A stretch of DNA of 63,649 bases, filler included, from Octopus bimaculoides (lineage: Eukaryota), in the NCBI RefSeq assembly GCF_001194135.2. It is 6 parts of 6 records of this genome, joined end to end, with 100 filler letters (N's around TTAATTAATTAA, not from the genome) between each part and the next. Parts side by side here need not be neighbours in the genome. Positions count along the whole stretch, not along the records: positions 1 to 29,138 come from NC_068982.1; 5 more parts are not named here. One strand, given 5' to 3'. Under the pieces are notes generated by a model. It was not told where the DNA came from, searched no databases, and saw nothing but the letters and a program-made list of their open reading frames with translations. Shown piece after piece: positions 1 to 12,240 of the stretch; the stretch's first letter is position 1, and the number at the start of each line of letters is the position of its first letter. The position numbers were made by a program, and so were the translations under genes.

Positions 1-1
1 A

Positions 2-290
2 GAGATAACTCGAATGTGGAATCTAAAAACAGAAACAATTCCTATCATAGTAGGTGCCTTAGGTATAATAAAAAAATATTCAGACAAATACATAACAAAA
101 ACACCAGGACTTACAAATATATATAACATACAGAAAATTGCACTACTGGGTACTGCACACATTCTACGGAAAACACTTTGAATACAGTAAACATAAGAGC
201 ACCACAGCAAACCACAGCACATACCCAAGGCGCACAGAGCTGCGCTCGGTAGTGAAGTGAAAGCACGTTATAAAAATAAAACTACTGAAC
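2..290 (+). mobile_element. 3' end of an R4/Dong-clade RLE non-LTR retrotransposon (endonuclease C-terminus plus 3' UTR), cut by the window edge
   Basis: Frame from nt 2 reads EITRMWNLKTETIPIIVGALGIIKKYSDKYITKTPGLTNIYNIQKIALLGTAHILRKTL*, a typical RLE C-terminus (P-I-x-V-G-A-L-G ... Q-K-x-A-L-L-G-T-A-H-I-L-R). A ~100 nt 3' UTR follows and runs into (AAT)n. A paralogous copy lies at 9289-9626. Confidence 0.85.
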
Positions 291-356
<66 letters not shown>

Positions 357-381
357 TATAATTATAATTATAATAATAATA
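291..381. repeat. (AAT)n microsatellite
   Basis: Directly visible; abuts the Dong 3' end. Confidence 0.95.
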
Positions 382-434
382 ACAACATCGAAAAATACCT
401 TAGGAATAAAAACCCAAGTTCGAAATTTCCCCAA

Positions 435-480
435 GACACCTGATGAAAGCTGGAGTATATATCAGCCGAAATGTTGTGTT
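435..480 (+). ncRNA. Minimal type-I hammerhead ribozyme relic inside a PLE-terminal-like segment (about 382-560)
   Basis: GACAC (stem I) - CTGATGA core - A - AGCTG/CAGCC stem II - GAA - ATGT (ACGT after CpG decay; palindromic stem III) - T - GTGTT (stem I'). Confidence 0.6.
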
Positions 481-1303
481 AAGAACAAACATGATGAGGA
501 CAAATATCCATAAAATATAAATAATATACATAATTCATCATCTCATAAATATAGAACAGCATCAATTATATCTAGAATAACAATGACGACAGTACCAACG
601 GCAACATACAAACTGGATACAGGAAATGGCTTTAGATTACTACCAATAATCATTGGAATACAATAATTAGCAACACGTACTTGGCAACGTGGCTACATGC
701 CGCAGTATCAATCTTGAGTATGAAAAGATTACAGCTATTAGCTGTGTCGCAATACAGAACATTAGCCATGAAATAATATCCACATATGTAATGACATAAT
801 TGCCTGCACATCCTGCCCAGTTGTACATACATTTTAATATGTACATATCTGTAGGTGCATGCAGACATACACATGTGAATGTATACATACATATACACAT
901 TCATATACATATATACTTGCAAGATTACCATGTTGATGTTACCAAACTCCCAATGAAATAGCCTCGTTTCGAGAATAGAAACTGGCTCTTGTACAATTGT
1001 GCATTCATACATACATACATGATATATTCATACATACGTACAGGCATACGTAGATTACTCGTTGTATTTGAGGTACTAATCATTCATTTAAATAAGCCAA
1101 TGAAATAGAGTCAAACAGCGGAGGATTATGTTTATTGATTACGGCTTTTACAGATTCTTAATTAAATCATTTATCATCTTGTATGCTCACCCTCACCTAC
1201 ACATATAGGCGTGTGTATGTGCAGCATGTTTGTACAAGACTCCCTGTTAATGCTTTCTGAATTTCAATGAAACAAACTTCATTCAACCGGCTATGTTTAT
1301 CTG

Positions 1304-1769
1304 TTACTCTATTACTCTTTTACTCTTGTTTCAGTCATTTGAATGTGGCCATGCTGGAGCACCACCTTTAGTCGAGCAAATCGACCCCAGGGTTTATTCT
1401 TTGTAAGCCTAGTACTTATTCTATCCGTCTATTTAGCCGAACCGTTAAGTTACGGGGACGTAAGCACACCAGCATTGTTTGTGAAGCAATGCTGGTGGGA
1501 TAAACAGACACACAAACACACACATACAAGCAATGTTGGGGAGGGGGGTTGGACAAACACAGACACACAAACATATACACACACATATGCATGTACATAT
1601 ATATACGACGGGCTTCTTTCAGTTTCCGTCTACCAAATCCACCTACAAGGCTTTGGTCGGCCCGAGGCTTTGGTAGAAGACACTTGCCCAAGGTGCCACG
1701 CAGTGGGACTGAACCCGGAGCCATGCGGTTCGTAAGCAAGCTGCTTACCACACAGTCACTCCTAAGCCT
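1304..1769 (-). mobile_element. tRNA-derived SINE, family A (CORE-like ACCTTGGGCAAG, internal CA/TA microsatellite), full length
   Basis: Reverse-complement head has A/B-box-like TGACTGTGTGG and GGTTCAGTCCC followed by CACCTTGGGCAAGTG. The tail is GCTCCAGCATGGCC...GAAACAAGAGTAAAAGAG. Same sequence at 6953, 11411, 34912 and 36656. Confidence 0.88.
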
Positions 1770-2303
1770 ATGCTAGAAGCTAAGAAAATAATATATTCAG
1801 TTATTCGGTTACTGGTTTCAGCCAAAGGTTCGAGCAATGCTGGATCACAGCCGTTCAGTTTCCTTTCTAGACCATTTTTGGTGAAGAGGCGAGTTGGATG
1901 GAGTTACTCTTCCTTGTATCTCTTATGGTGAAGTGGTTTCATCTTGGATCCCAGAGAGAAATTAGCCCAAGTGCTTTTTGTGGGTCTCCGCATCTATAAC
2001 GTAGAAACCTCTGAGGCTGTTTGGAAAAGATGTTAAACAATCGTGGTTCGCTAAAACCCATTGTATGTATGTATGTATGTATGTATGTATGTATGTATGT
2101 ATGTATGTGTGTGTGTATGCATTTATGTATGTATGTATGTGTGCGTGTGTGTATGTATGTATGTATGTATGTATGTATTCAGAGAGTTTTGTTCCTCAAT
2201 GAGAAGACAGACGCTGACAAAATTTGAAAAAATGCAAAGAAACACCTTCCCATACATAATAGGTGCGTCGATATACGACTACCTTCAGGCTTATAAGTAT
2301 GCC

Positions 2304-2347
<44 letters not shown>

Positions 2348-2874
2348 CAAATGAATGCAGTCACGTATACATGTATGCGTTTCGATTAAAAGTAGTCAAA
2401 AATATATGTGAAACAAAGACAAGAAAAGCTGAACTATGAATACTGCGCACGAAAGTATAGTGCGCTAGAAATTGCTTCGACCAAAAGAAATTATAAATAG
2501 ATAACAATATTAATGGAGTTGCTAACTTCGTTTCTGTTTTTAAAATTAATTATCCATGTAAATTAGCTTAGATATGAAGATTTAAAAGAAGAAAAAGCAA
2601 ATAATAATTACACTCCTACTATGTATTATTTATTAAGTTAAATAATTAATTCAGTGATTCAACGTACAGTCCACCCACCTTTGTATAGCGAATGACTACT
2701 AATCATCCAGTTTAAGAATGCAAGTCTTTTAATTGATTCAAATAGCCGACGTTTATGTATATTGATTGTAGCTTTTACAGATTCTTAATTAAGCCATTTA
2801 TATTTTTGTACACACAAATCCCCACCTGTTTTTCTATCTATCCATCTAGTTAGCTGGGTAGCTAGCTAAGTATA

Positions 2875-2927
<53 letters not shown>

Positions 2928-3276
2928 NNNNNNNNNNNNNNNNNNNNNNNNNNNNNNNNNNNNNNNNNNNNNNNNNNNNNNNNNNNNNNNNNNNNNNNNN
3001 NNNNNNNNNNNNNNNNNNNNNNNNNNNNNNNNNNNNNNNNNNNNNNNNNNNNNNNNNNNNNNNNNNNNNNNNNNNNNNNNNNNNNNNNNNNNNNNNNNNN
3101 NNNNNNNNNNNNNNNNNNNNNNNNNNNNNNNNNNNNNNNNNNNNNNNNNNNNNNNNNNNNNNNNNNNNNNNNNNNNNNNNNNNNNNNNNNNNNNNNNNNN
3201 NNNNNNNNNNNNNNNNNNNNNNNNNNNNNNNNNNNNNNNNNNNNNNNNNNNNNNNNNNNNNNNNNNNNNNNNNNNN

Positions 3277-3330
<54 letters not shown>

Positions 3331-3689
3331 ATCTGTGTGTGTGTTTGCATACATAGTTATTAGTGCGTGTACGTGCTTAAATGTGCATGAATATATGTAT
3401 ATGTGTGAGTGTATTTATGAGAGTAAGCTATATTTGTGTCACGACAATGGGAAGCAGCAATGGTGATTACAGGCCAGAATTAATCTGCAGAGAATGATTA
3501 GTTCAAATATTGATTTACTAAATAGAGACAAGATTACAAATTGGTAGTGAATGTCGAGTTGATCCCTAAGCATAATTCTCGTGACCAGATGAATAAAAAG
3601 ACAAATTGGTTGCCTTCAGGATTTGAAATAATTACTTAAAAGCGAGGAAACTAACGTCTAAATGCCCAGCACCCGAGCGTATCGGTTTG

Positions 3690-3850
3690 TTTCTTTCATT
3701 CATTAGACTGCGGCCATACTGGAGTATAGTCTGTAAGGGTTTTGATCGAATGAATCGAATCTAGTACTTATTTCACTTCTTAAAGCCTAGCTCAGGCACT
3801 GATCCTAACTGCTAAGTACGAGGTCATAAACACACCAACACCAGTTGTTA
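3690..3850 (-). mobile_element. 3' fragment of SINE family A
   Basis: GACTGCGGCCATACTGGAG...CTAGTACTTA...AAACACACCAACACC matches the 3' half of family A. Confidence 0.7.
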
Positions 3851-4018
3851 CATACATACATGTATGTATGTATGTATGTATGTATGTAAGTATGTAGAGC
3901 TCAGTGCATTTGTGTGAAGTGGACATGAAGTTATCTTCATTTTTTACAAAGAAAATAACATTAAAAGAACTGATAGATAACTAATACCAGCAGACTGTAA
4001 ACAGGAAACGGGAGAACA

Positions 4019-4066
<48 letters not shown>

Positions 4067-4822
4067 ATGAAATGTATATACTGGTTGTTCACTATAAACA
4101 CGGTAAAAACTACTTGAAAATTCTATATCACTCTTGTTGGCGTAAGTAGTATTCTCCCCTGAGCAGGATAGTCCATTTTATTTTTATTATTGAAAGAAGC
4201 AGTCTTGAAAAGAGATGGCGATTAAGAAGTCTTGTTATGTTTGTGGTTCACTTTATTTACATTGCCATCGAGAAAACAAATGTAAATGGCTATTGTATCA
4301 TTTTTCTCTTCCTCTATACTGTTTCCGGTCCAACTACAATCTTAGACAGACTATTGCTTTTACTTTCTCTTAAGGCGTTGAAATAAAGAAAAAGAAGGAA
4401 ACTGATCATCTAAAAGCTGTAAATATAAAGCTTTTGACGAAGTGCTAAGAACAAGTCCAATGATCGAAAGGAAAAGTAATTCAACACTTAACACTTTATC
4501 AACAGCCTTTACATTTCATTTAACTTGCTTACATTCTTCAGCCTAAAGTTCACATTATATATCATAATGCCTCCTGCAGTTTCTTTCTTCAAATGTTTTT
4601 TGTATGTAAGTATTCAGAAGCTGTTTGTTTTATCAAAATACGATGTCGATTAGTACATTCTTATTCCACATTATCATGTGATTTAGCAGGTCAGGACTCG
4701 TGAATCTTATCTAAAATACATACATGCTGTTTGTTCAATGCGTTTCAGACTTAAAAGAAGTGTCAAAATCAGATATATTCCCAATTTCCTCAACTGCCTC
4801 TCTTTTTGTCTGTCTGTGTCTG

Positions 4823-4932
<110 letters not shown>

Positions 4933-4969
4933 AGGCATCATATACAACGACTGACATAGCTGCATTATA

Positions 4970-6010
4970 GGCTACTGCTAACATTGTAAAGACGCCTGCC
5001 TGAGAGAAAAGTGCAAGGTCGTTGGGCTAGGTCAGCAAAGTTACACTCGATTAGAGAGAAAAAATGGGAGAGAAAAGTACTGCAAACGCTCTCTTACTGA
5101 TAAGGCAATTTCAGGAGAGTAACTAGGCTAAAAGAAATCCGCTGTACTTAGCATTAGCCGATCTGGAAAAGGGCTTCTGCAATGTCTCTGACTGTGTGGT
5201 CTAGTGGCTATTAAGAAAGCTAAAGATAAAAGAATAACTTGGTAGGGCCATAGAAGCCATGTACCAGGGTGCTGTCAGTAAGGTGAAAATCAACGATATA
5301 TAGCGACACATTTATTTACAGGTAAGAACTCATCACAATTCAGTTCTCCGTCTTCTCCTATACAACATGGTTGAAATGGCCATAGCAGAGGAGTTTAAGA
5401 CTGTTTGAACGTGAGGACTGCTATATGCTGATGACCTCATTATTATAGCGGAGCCTGTAGTAAGACTAGTAAAGAAATTTCAGAGGTGGATGCAAAACAA
5501 AGAAGAAATTGGTCTCAAAGTTAACTTGGCACAGACCAAAGCTTTAAGTATTTTGGAAGCAGACAGAATATGTTGCCATAAACGAAATCGCTTTCCGCAA
5601 GGAGAGATAGAAATTGCATACGCTGATGCCAATGTTAAATGTGGACACGCAAAAGATGTGCAGTGGCATCAAAGGCAGGTTAACAGATAAAATAGACGTT
5701 GAATGTGACAAATTCAAAGAAGCAACATATACAAAAAGCGCACGGGAAATACGTTTCTTGAAATGCTCAAAACACTCAATGGAGGGAATAGACAGCTCCT
5801 GTTATGTAAGTGACTTTCTTAGCAGATGGAAAGGATGTTTTTGAAGTAAAGCTGCTAAATTAAGAACAGGGTGGGGATTGTTCATAGAACAATTATTTCT
5901 GTTGCTAACAAGAGTTTTCTCTCTCAGTATCACGGGTAGATTTGTAAGATGCTTCTGCATGAACATAAATCTTAAACGGTAATGAGACATGGAGCTTCTA
6001 AGAGAGGAAT
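4970..6010 (+). pseudogene. Degenerate RTE-clade LINE reverse transcriptase fragment
   Basis: Reads ...LYLALADLEKGF...RAIEAMYQGAVSKVKIN...LLYADDLIIIAE (YADD at 5424-5435)...GLKVNLAQTK, then CSGIKGRL. Multiple stops and frameshifts. Confidence 0.85.
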
Positions 6011-6211
6011 AAGCAAAGACAAGAAAGAAATCAAGAAAATACGCTCCGTTGTATGAGCAATGTCAGTATGCATGAATGAACGGGATTGTACAAATGTATT
6101 CGAAGGCAAAACTACAGTCGTAAGGTCATGTGATGCAATAATCCCCACCTTCTCAACGCATAAAATATGTATGTACCTATGTGTATGTTTTTACGTAAAT
6201 ATATACATATG

Positions 6212-6274
<63 letters not shown>

Positions 6275-6415
6275 CATTTATATACGTTTTCGTTCCTACG
6301 TAATTACAATAATCTTAAGTGAGATTGATTATTTAAATCCCACTATTATTTCTCTTTTGATAATTTCCTCTTTCCTCCGTTTATACTTTATCTAATAAGA
6401 ATAATATAATACACC

Positions 6416-6458
<43 letters not shown>

Positions 6459-6477
6459 CTTATCTACCAAATACTTC

Positions 6478-6535
6478 AGTTCACTGAAGGGATGGAAGTT
6501 AAGTGACCTCTTGGCTGAAACAGCTGTAAGAAACT
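6478..6535 (+). ncRNA. Degenerate hammerhead-like relic
   Basis: CTGAAGG at 6484 (core with one change) ... GAA-ACAGCTGT-A at 6517-6528 (8-nt palindromic stem III). Stems I and II are imperfect. Confidence 0.35.
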
Positions 6536-6915
6536 ATTCTACTTTCTATGTTCTACGTTATATATTTTTAATAATTACTGGTATTTTTATATTTTATATA
6601 TTATATATGTGAAGCAAAATATGTTAAACATGTATGTATATTGTTATAAATATTTTTTTTAATAAATAATTAGACATAATATGATGTCTAAATGTTGATG
6701 ACTACCACCTCTTGATCCCCTCCATTTTCTCATTGCCGTATAAATTAAGGGTAAAACAACTTTTTACTCTCAGCCATGTATTATATTCAGTAGTGTAATT
6801 TCCATGCAATGAAAAAAAACACACATCTGTATTAATAATTAGGTTTTCTACCAGCGGTATAATGGATAGATATTATCCCTTAGTTGGTTGGATTCACAAC
6901 CTCTAACTCTCTTGG

Positions 6916-6952
<37 letters not shown>

Positions 6953-6954
<2 letters not shown>

Positions 6955-7284
6955 ATTTGTTTTGACTGCGGCCATGCTGGAGTGCCGCCTTTAGTCGAAG
7001 AAATCGACTCCCAGGATTTATTCATTGTAAGACTAGTACTTATTCTATCGGCCTCTGTTACCGAACCGCTAGGTTACGGGAACGTAAACACACCAACACC
7101 GGTTGTCAAGAGATGGTGAGGGGCAAACGCAGACACACAAACATAGACATATATATATATATATACATATACATATGTATATATATACGATAGGCTTCTT
7201 TTAGTTTCCGTCTACCAAATCTACTCACAAGGCCTTGGTTACCCCGAGGCTATAATAGAAGACACATGCCTAAGGTGCCACACA
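6953..7284 (-). mobile_element. SINE family A, 5'-truncated
   Basis: Matches 1304-1769, including the central (TA)n tract. It stops at AAGGTGCCAC. Confidence 0.85.
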
Positions 7285-8182
7285 TTTCCTGGCAAAAGAA
7301 GTAGTGGATTGAATACAGTTTACTCCACGCTGGTACTTATCGATTAGGGCAAGCCAAAATCAACAATTGTGGGATTTGAACGTACAACGTATATATATAT
7401 TTGTGCATGTGTGTACGTGTGTGTTTGTGTGCCTGTGTGTGTTTGTGTGTGTGTGTGTCTGTCTGTCTGACTGTCTATCTGTAATGTAAGCCTTTAGTAT
7501 ACGTTTGCGTGTGTGTTAGGGTGTGTGAGAGATTTTGAACACGAATATTTATCTGGGTTCTATGTTTAAACAATATTTCTCTTCATGGTTAGAATAATAT
7601 TGAGATGTTCAAAGAAAGATGTGGAGAGAGGAAGGAAAGTTGAGAGTGATGATTGATGTAATATAGAGAACATATCAGCAATGAAAATCTCAATTTCTTG
7701 TTATAGATAGATTTCTCAAGCAGCCCTGATTTAGGAGTAATCTATTAATGGCTGCGAGTAGGGTTAAGATCTATTCCATTGAATCTGTTTATTTCGTTAT
7801 CTTTCTTTCGTTCTTTCTAATGCTGAAATCAACTTTACTTCTCATTCCATTTGAACTCGCCTCAAATAATTAATATTAATATGATCACTCCATGAATTAC
7901 TGACTTACAAACAGGAAATATTATTCACAAGAAAATTGTTCATGTGTCTTTGGAAACCAGACGAAAATTCTAACGCTGACAGGAAAGTCATTCTGCACTA
8001 TAAAATATTGAAATATAACTTAGGAAATACTGTATCACCTGTCTTTTCAGAAGAATCGTTATATTTAGTTGTCTCTACGTATTGTAAATGTCTCCAAACA
8101 TTCTGATATCTTTGAAATAATGATAGCAAATAATGGTAACAATAGGTGGTTACTTGAAGACTGATAAATGATAATGATAGTA

Positions 8183-8869
8183 ATCCTTTCTATTATAGGC
8201 ACAAGGCCTGAAATTTGGGGGAGGAGGTAGCCGATTACTTAGGTCCCAGTACTCAACTGGTACTTAATTTATCGATCCCGAAAGGATGAAAGGTAAAGTC
8301 GACCTCGGCGCAATTTGAACTCGGAACACGAAGACGGACGAAATACTGCTAGAGATTTCGGCCGGTGTGGTACCGATTCTGCCAGCTCATCGCCTTAACA
8401 TAATAATAATAATAATGATAATAAGTTTTTCTATTACAGGCACAAGACTTGAAGTCTTGGAGACTAGTCGATTACATCGACTCCAAAATTTCACTGGTAC
8501 TTAATTTATCGACACCGAATTATAAAAGGGGAAGTCGACCACGGCGCAATTTGAACTCAGAATGTGAAGAAATGCCGCTAAACGTCTCACCTGACGTGCT
8601 AAAGTTTCTGCCAGCTCGCTGCATTTACATAATAATAATAATATATAATAATAATGGTTTCAAATTTTGCCATAAGGGCAGCAATTTGGGTGGAGAGGAT
8701 GAATCGATTGCATCGACACCAGTGTTCTACTGGTGCTTAATTTATCGACCCCAAAATTATGAAAGGCAAAGTCGACATCGACAGAATTTGAACTCTGATC
8801 AGAGCAACAGGTGAAATACCGTTAAGCCTTTCGGCTAGTGTGCTAACGATTCTGCCATCTCACAACCTT
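8183..8869 (-). mobile_element. Three tandem Deu/Nin-domain tRNA-SINEs (family B) separated by (TAA)n: about 8183-8396, 8426-8626 and 8653-8869
   Basis: Each carries (rc) GGTACTTAATTTATCGAxCCCGAAAGGATGAAAGGxAAAGTCGAC, the conserved Nin/Deu core, and a head ending CTGCCAGCTCGCCGCCTT-like. Confidence 0.85.
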
Positions 8870-9010
8870 AATAAGGAAGTTTGTTTTTTAGGGACAGCAT
8901 GGCTCATCAGGTGGATTGTACTGAAAACTTGTGGATACTTAAGGTCACAAATATTAACCTGCTACCCACATAAATTCTACCAGGAATAAGACCATATCTG
9001 AGCCAAACCA

Positions 9011-9025
9011 ATAATAATAATAATG

Positions 9026-9110
<85 letters not shown>

Positions 9111-9143
9111 TAATAATAATAATTGTTATTATTNNNNNNNNNN

Positions 9144-9176
<33 letters not shown>

Positions 9177-9212
9177 TAATAATAATAATTGTTATTATTA
9201 TTATGATTATTA

Positions 9213-9260
<48 letters not shown>
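9011..9260. repeat. (TAA)n switching to (TTA)n, with a 10-N gap at 9134-9143
   Basis: Directly visible. Confidence 0.95.
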
Positions 9261-9261
<1 letters not shown>

Positions 9262-9288
9262 GTTTTTTTTAAAGAAACGGAGAAATCA

Positions 9289-9626
9289 GATGACAATGTT
9301 TCTCTAAAAGAAAAGGAGACACTTTTAAAATACAAAGATCTTGAAACAGAGGTAACTCGAATGTGGAGTCTAAAAACAGAAACAATTCCTACCATAGTGG
9401 GTGCATTAGGTATGATAAAAAAATATTCAGACAAATACATCCTAAAATCACCAGGACTAACAAGTATATACAACACACAGAAAATAGCACTGCTAGGCAC
9501 TGCACACATCCTACCCAAAACACTTTCAATACAGTAACCATAAGAGCACCACAACAAAACACTGCACATACCCACAGTCTGAACTCAGTAGTGCAGAGAA
9601 ATCACGTGATAAAAATAAAACTGCTC
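9289..9626 (+). mobile_element. 5'-truncated R4/Dong-clade element, 3' end
   Basis: Reads DDNVSLKEKETLLKYKDLETEVTRMWSLKTETIPTIVGALG...QKIALLGTAHILPKTLSIQ* (stop 9535-9537; KYxDL RLE motif). The 3' UTR is homologous to 191-290 and ends in a short TAA tract. Confidence 0.88.
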
Positions 9627-9647
9627 AATAATAAGGATAATAATAAA

Positions 9648-10207
9648 TGTCCTGATGCAATACCAGGCGCTGGCTCTCGTTGCATCTGATTTTAGCTGAT
9701 TTAAAGTGTTATCAAGTATATGGTTTGTCTTGATATAAAAGATAGGCTCCAGCAAATATTTTCCTCAATGCCACAGATTTGCTTGTCTGTTGTCTAACTT
9801 TACCAATTGAGTATGTTCCTTAGTGGCTGACAATATATGCATCTCTGACCACTGGCAGAATTAGTTGGGGAACATCATAGCCATGTGTGGAGAGGAATTC
9901 TTTGGGGTTTGGAGAAATCACTTCTGGAAACATGGGTGTTTCTTTCAACATCTTTAAACAACCCTTATTCAGGAACCTTTTGAATAAGATGAGCTACCTC
10001 GACCTGAAGAAGATTCTAACTGGGCTCCAGCTGCAAGGCCATGCGCTGTTTATCTTCATATGAGATCACGATGTCGCCAACATATGCTTATGATACATGT
10101 TCCTGGTGTATCTTTATCAGACGGGTAGCCATGATAGGTATATTGGGCTTCGTATAATTAATTGTACCGCAGTGTCACTCTGATGGCATGCACTGCTGTC
10201 TCACTAA

Positions 10208-10208
<1 letters not shown>
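9648..10208. mobile_element. Unclassified ~560-bp non-coding segment bounded on both sides by TAA tracts
   Basis: GC-richer than its flanks, no credible ORF. It starts right after the Dong TAA tail and ends at (TAA)n 10209-10266. Only one copy in the window. Confidence 0.35.
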
Positions 10209-10268
<60 letters not shown>

Positions 10269-10269
10269 T

Positions 10270-10468
10270 AATTTCAGCACAAGGCCAGCAATTTCGGCGA
10301 AAGATAAGCCGATTGCATCGACCCCAGTACTTAACTGGTACTTATTTGACTCCGAAAAGATGAAAGGCAAAGTCGAACCTGACGGAATTTGAGCTCAGAA
10401 AGTGAATAAGGACGAAATGCAGCTAAGCATTTCGCTCAACATAGTAACGATTCTGTTAGCTCGCCACT
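10270..10468 (-). mobile_element. SINE family B (Nin)
   Basis: GCACAAGGCC...CTGGTACTTATTTGACTCCGAAAAGATGAAAGGCAAAGTCGA...GCTCGCC. Confidence 0.85.
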
Positions 10469-11410
10469 CTGATCTTAATAAAAATTATACACGGGTGAAC
10501 ATTTAAAAATGCGAGTACGCTAAAATATTGCCCCGAAAAATATACAACAAATTCAGTGGTGGGGGGGGGATTCCGACAAAAAAACAATCACGTGTATTTT
10601 ATAATATAAATGAATAATACTCATTAGAACTTATTTCTATGTGTCACACATAAACGATGTATTAGAAATGCTGAAAATACACAATCTTTCAACGTTTTAA
10701 CAGGATCACCGGTGTACGGTTCTTATCTGCAACAAACAGACAGCTTATTTGTCAGTTTAACAAAGACCACTTGTTTTAGGCTTCTTTTCTTTCGGGTGCA
10801 CCCTGTTTTATTAATATATTGTTTTGCAGAATTGTGTCTCTTTTCTATTGTTTACTAGTGTCGTTATGTAACAGATCTCCTTAATGATCAACTGACCCAT
10901 TCTTTTATTCTCTTTTTCAAAATTTATTTTATGAGACTATAACCTCAGAAGAGAGTGAACTAAAAAACGAACACGGCACCTGAACAACATTGAACACCTA
11001 TAACAGCAGAAGAATTAACCCAAAAATCAAAGTGGAAGGATGCGATAAAGACTCCATCGTTTGATTGAAATAATTAACAGGAATACATAGGGTGCTAGCA
11101 AAGAAGATCAATGCGATGTTCCTAGTACCGCAGAAAACAACTGAATGGCTCACGGAAGGGAAAGCCATCTTAATACCCAAATCTACAGAAACTGCAAAAC
11201 TTGACACGTAACCCATCACCCTATAACGTACAAAACATTAACTGAAATAATATTGCAATAAGTGAGAAAACATCTGGGAGGAAATCAGAAGCGAATGAAT
11301 CCTACAAAGACGCATAAAGATAAGTTATTGATCAGCTAACTATAATTGAAGGTACAAGTAGGGATTGAAATATCTGAAATCTTTTGACGTTGCTGAAAAT
11401 TCTAGGTATA

Positions 11411-11632
11411 CTCTTTTACTTGCTTCAGTCATTTAACTGCGGCCATACTGGGGCACCACCTTTAGTCGAGCGAATTGACCCCATGACTTATTCTTTGTAA
11501 GCCTAGTACTTATTCTATCAGTCTCATTTGCCAAACCGCAAAGTTACGGGGACGTAAACACACCAGTATCGGTTGTCAAGCGATGTTGGGGGACAAACAC
11601 AGACACACAAACATATACACACACACACATAC

Positions 11633-11669
<37 letters not shown>

Positions 11670-12240
11670 CCCTTTGTCAGTCCTTGTTTGTCCCCTCTAT
11701 GTTTATCCCCTTGTGGGCAATAAAGAAATATATATATATATATATATATNNNNNNNNNNNNNNNNNNNNNNNNNNNNNNNNNNNNNNNNNNNNNNNNNNN
11801 NNNNNNNNNNNNNNNNNNNNNNNNNNNNNNNNNNNNNNNNNNNNNNNNNNNNNNNNNNNNNNNNNNNNNNNNNNNNNNNNNNNNNNNNNNNNNNNNNNNN
11901 NNNNNNNNNNNNNNNNNAAACAAGGAAAGACAAAGGGATTAAGTCGATTATATCTACCCCAGTATGTAACTGGTACTTAATTTATCGACCCCGAAAGGAT
12001 GAAAGGCAAAGTCGACCTCGGCGGAATTTGAACTCAGAACGAAACGGCAGACAAAATACTGCTAAGCATTTCGCCCGGCTCGCCGACTTCTTTCTGTTTC
12101 CGTCTACCAAATCCATTCACAAGGCTTTGGTCGGCCCGAGGCTATAGTAGATGACACTTGCCCAAGGTGCCACGCAGTGGGACTGAATCCGCAACCATGT
12201 GGTTGGTAAGCAAGCTACTTACCACACAGCCACGCCTACG
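11411..12240 (-). mobile_element. Full-length SINE family A inserted in the Dong RT, with a 9-bp TSD
   Basis: Family A sequence. Flanks TCTAGGTAT (11401-11409) and TCTATGTAT (12241-12249) differ by one base. Confidence 0.85.
11918..12082 (-). mobile_element. SINE family B nested inside the family A copy, beside its central microsatellite
   Basis: Nin core GGTACTTAATTTATCGACCCCGAAAGGATGAAAGGCAAAGTCGACCTCGG. Family A resumes at about 12083 (CTTCTTTCTGTTTCCGTCTACC). Confidence 0.85.

Noticed and set aside
4542-4605. Candidate 60-64 nt exon with acceptor and GTAAGT donor
   Set aside because: Plausible signals exist on both strands and no family is recognisable; unsupported.
10485-10806. Possible Tc1-type MITE (TACACGGGTG ... 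CACCCTGT)
   Set aside because: The two ends match over too few bases to call.
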